From Dicyema japonicum (taxonomy: Eukaryota; Animalia; Dicyemida), in assembly GCA_011109175.1 (NCBI GenBank), contig RDEW01000064.1, forward strand, positions 145,270 to 209,269: a stretch of DNA of 64,000 nucleotides, written 5' to 3'. Both the position numbers and the translations under genes were made by a program. Positions 63,525-64,000 of this stretch are shown here, piece after piece; within the stretch, counting starts at the first letter, position 1, and the number at the start of each line of letters is the position of its first letter. Below the pieces are notes generated by a model that was not told where the DNA came from, did no database searches, and saw only the letters and a program-made list of their open reading frames with translations.

Positions 63525-63840
63525 AATAATAATAACAGCCTTTTCACGAGAGCCATAGTATTTATAGCTCCGCATAGGCAGGACACACACTTTATTTAAG
63601 TAAAGAACAGTTAATTTTAACTAATCGTAGAACCAAGGAATGATCTTCACTTCTTTTTCTTGTGTGAGTGTCTTTTCTAGACAATCCAGTTCCGCAGTGA
63701 GTATCCACTGATGACGGCGTCACTCGTCAAACCCTTTTGGCATCGTAGATGCGTGGAACCTTCCACCAAGTGAACAGCAGCGAGAATCGAACCCGTAACC
63801 TAAGTCACTTTAGCCCGACACCTAACCACTATATTGGCTG
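63525..63840 (-). mobile_element. tRNA-derived SINE (family A), near full length
   Basis: A box TAGTGGTTAGG, B box GGTTCGATTC, conserved body shared with 13634-13848 and 14700-14990, (tta)n tail. Confidence 0.8.
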
Positions 63841-64000
63841 AATTATTCCTGTATTTTAATATTTTTTTATAATTCCAAAATTTATTGGCTGAATTATTCC
63901 TGTATTTTAATATTTTCCAAATTCGATGGCAAGCAATGAGAAGGACAATTATTTATAAGGAGCAAAATTGACTTCTCTGTGCTAAAAGGTTATCGAATTT

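Overview
AT-rich, repeat-saturated eukaryotic (almost certainly animal) scaffold with a 337-N gap. It carries host genes split by very small 21-29 nt GT-AG introns, of the size known from dicyemids and a few other reduced parasites; the taxon is inferred, not proven. Host genes recognised: RNA polymerase III second-largest subunit POLR3B/RPC2 (about 20 micro-introns, with roughly 190 codons including its catalytic motifs missing at an intron-to-intron junction), NOP53 (nonsense codon plus broken acceptor), an NCKAP1/Nap1-like fragment, a C-type lectin pseudogene, an apparently intact HtrL-like type II membrane protein gene, and two unidentified gene fragments, one present in several copies. 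The rest is a mosaic of decayed transposons: CRE-like and NeSL/Utopia-like RLE non-LTR elements, RTE and I/Jockey-like LINEs, pogo/Tigger, hAT and two TIR-bounded Tc1/IS630-type elements. There are also tRNA-derived SINEs, a tRNA-Glu-like pseudogene, a 5S-like pseudogene, a roughly 3 kb inverted duplication about 21 kb apart, and more than 10 near-perfect 50-300 bp tandem duplications that are probably assembly artefacts. All family assignments come from motif recognition by eye; no database searches were run.
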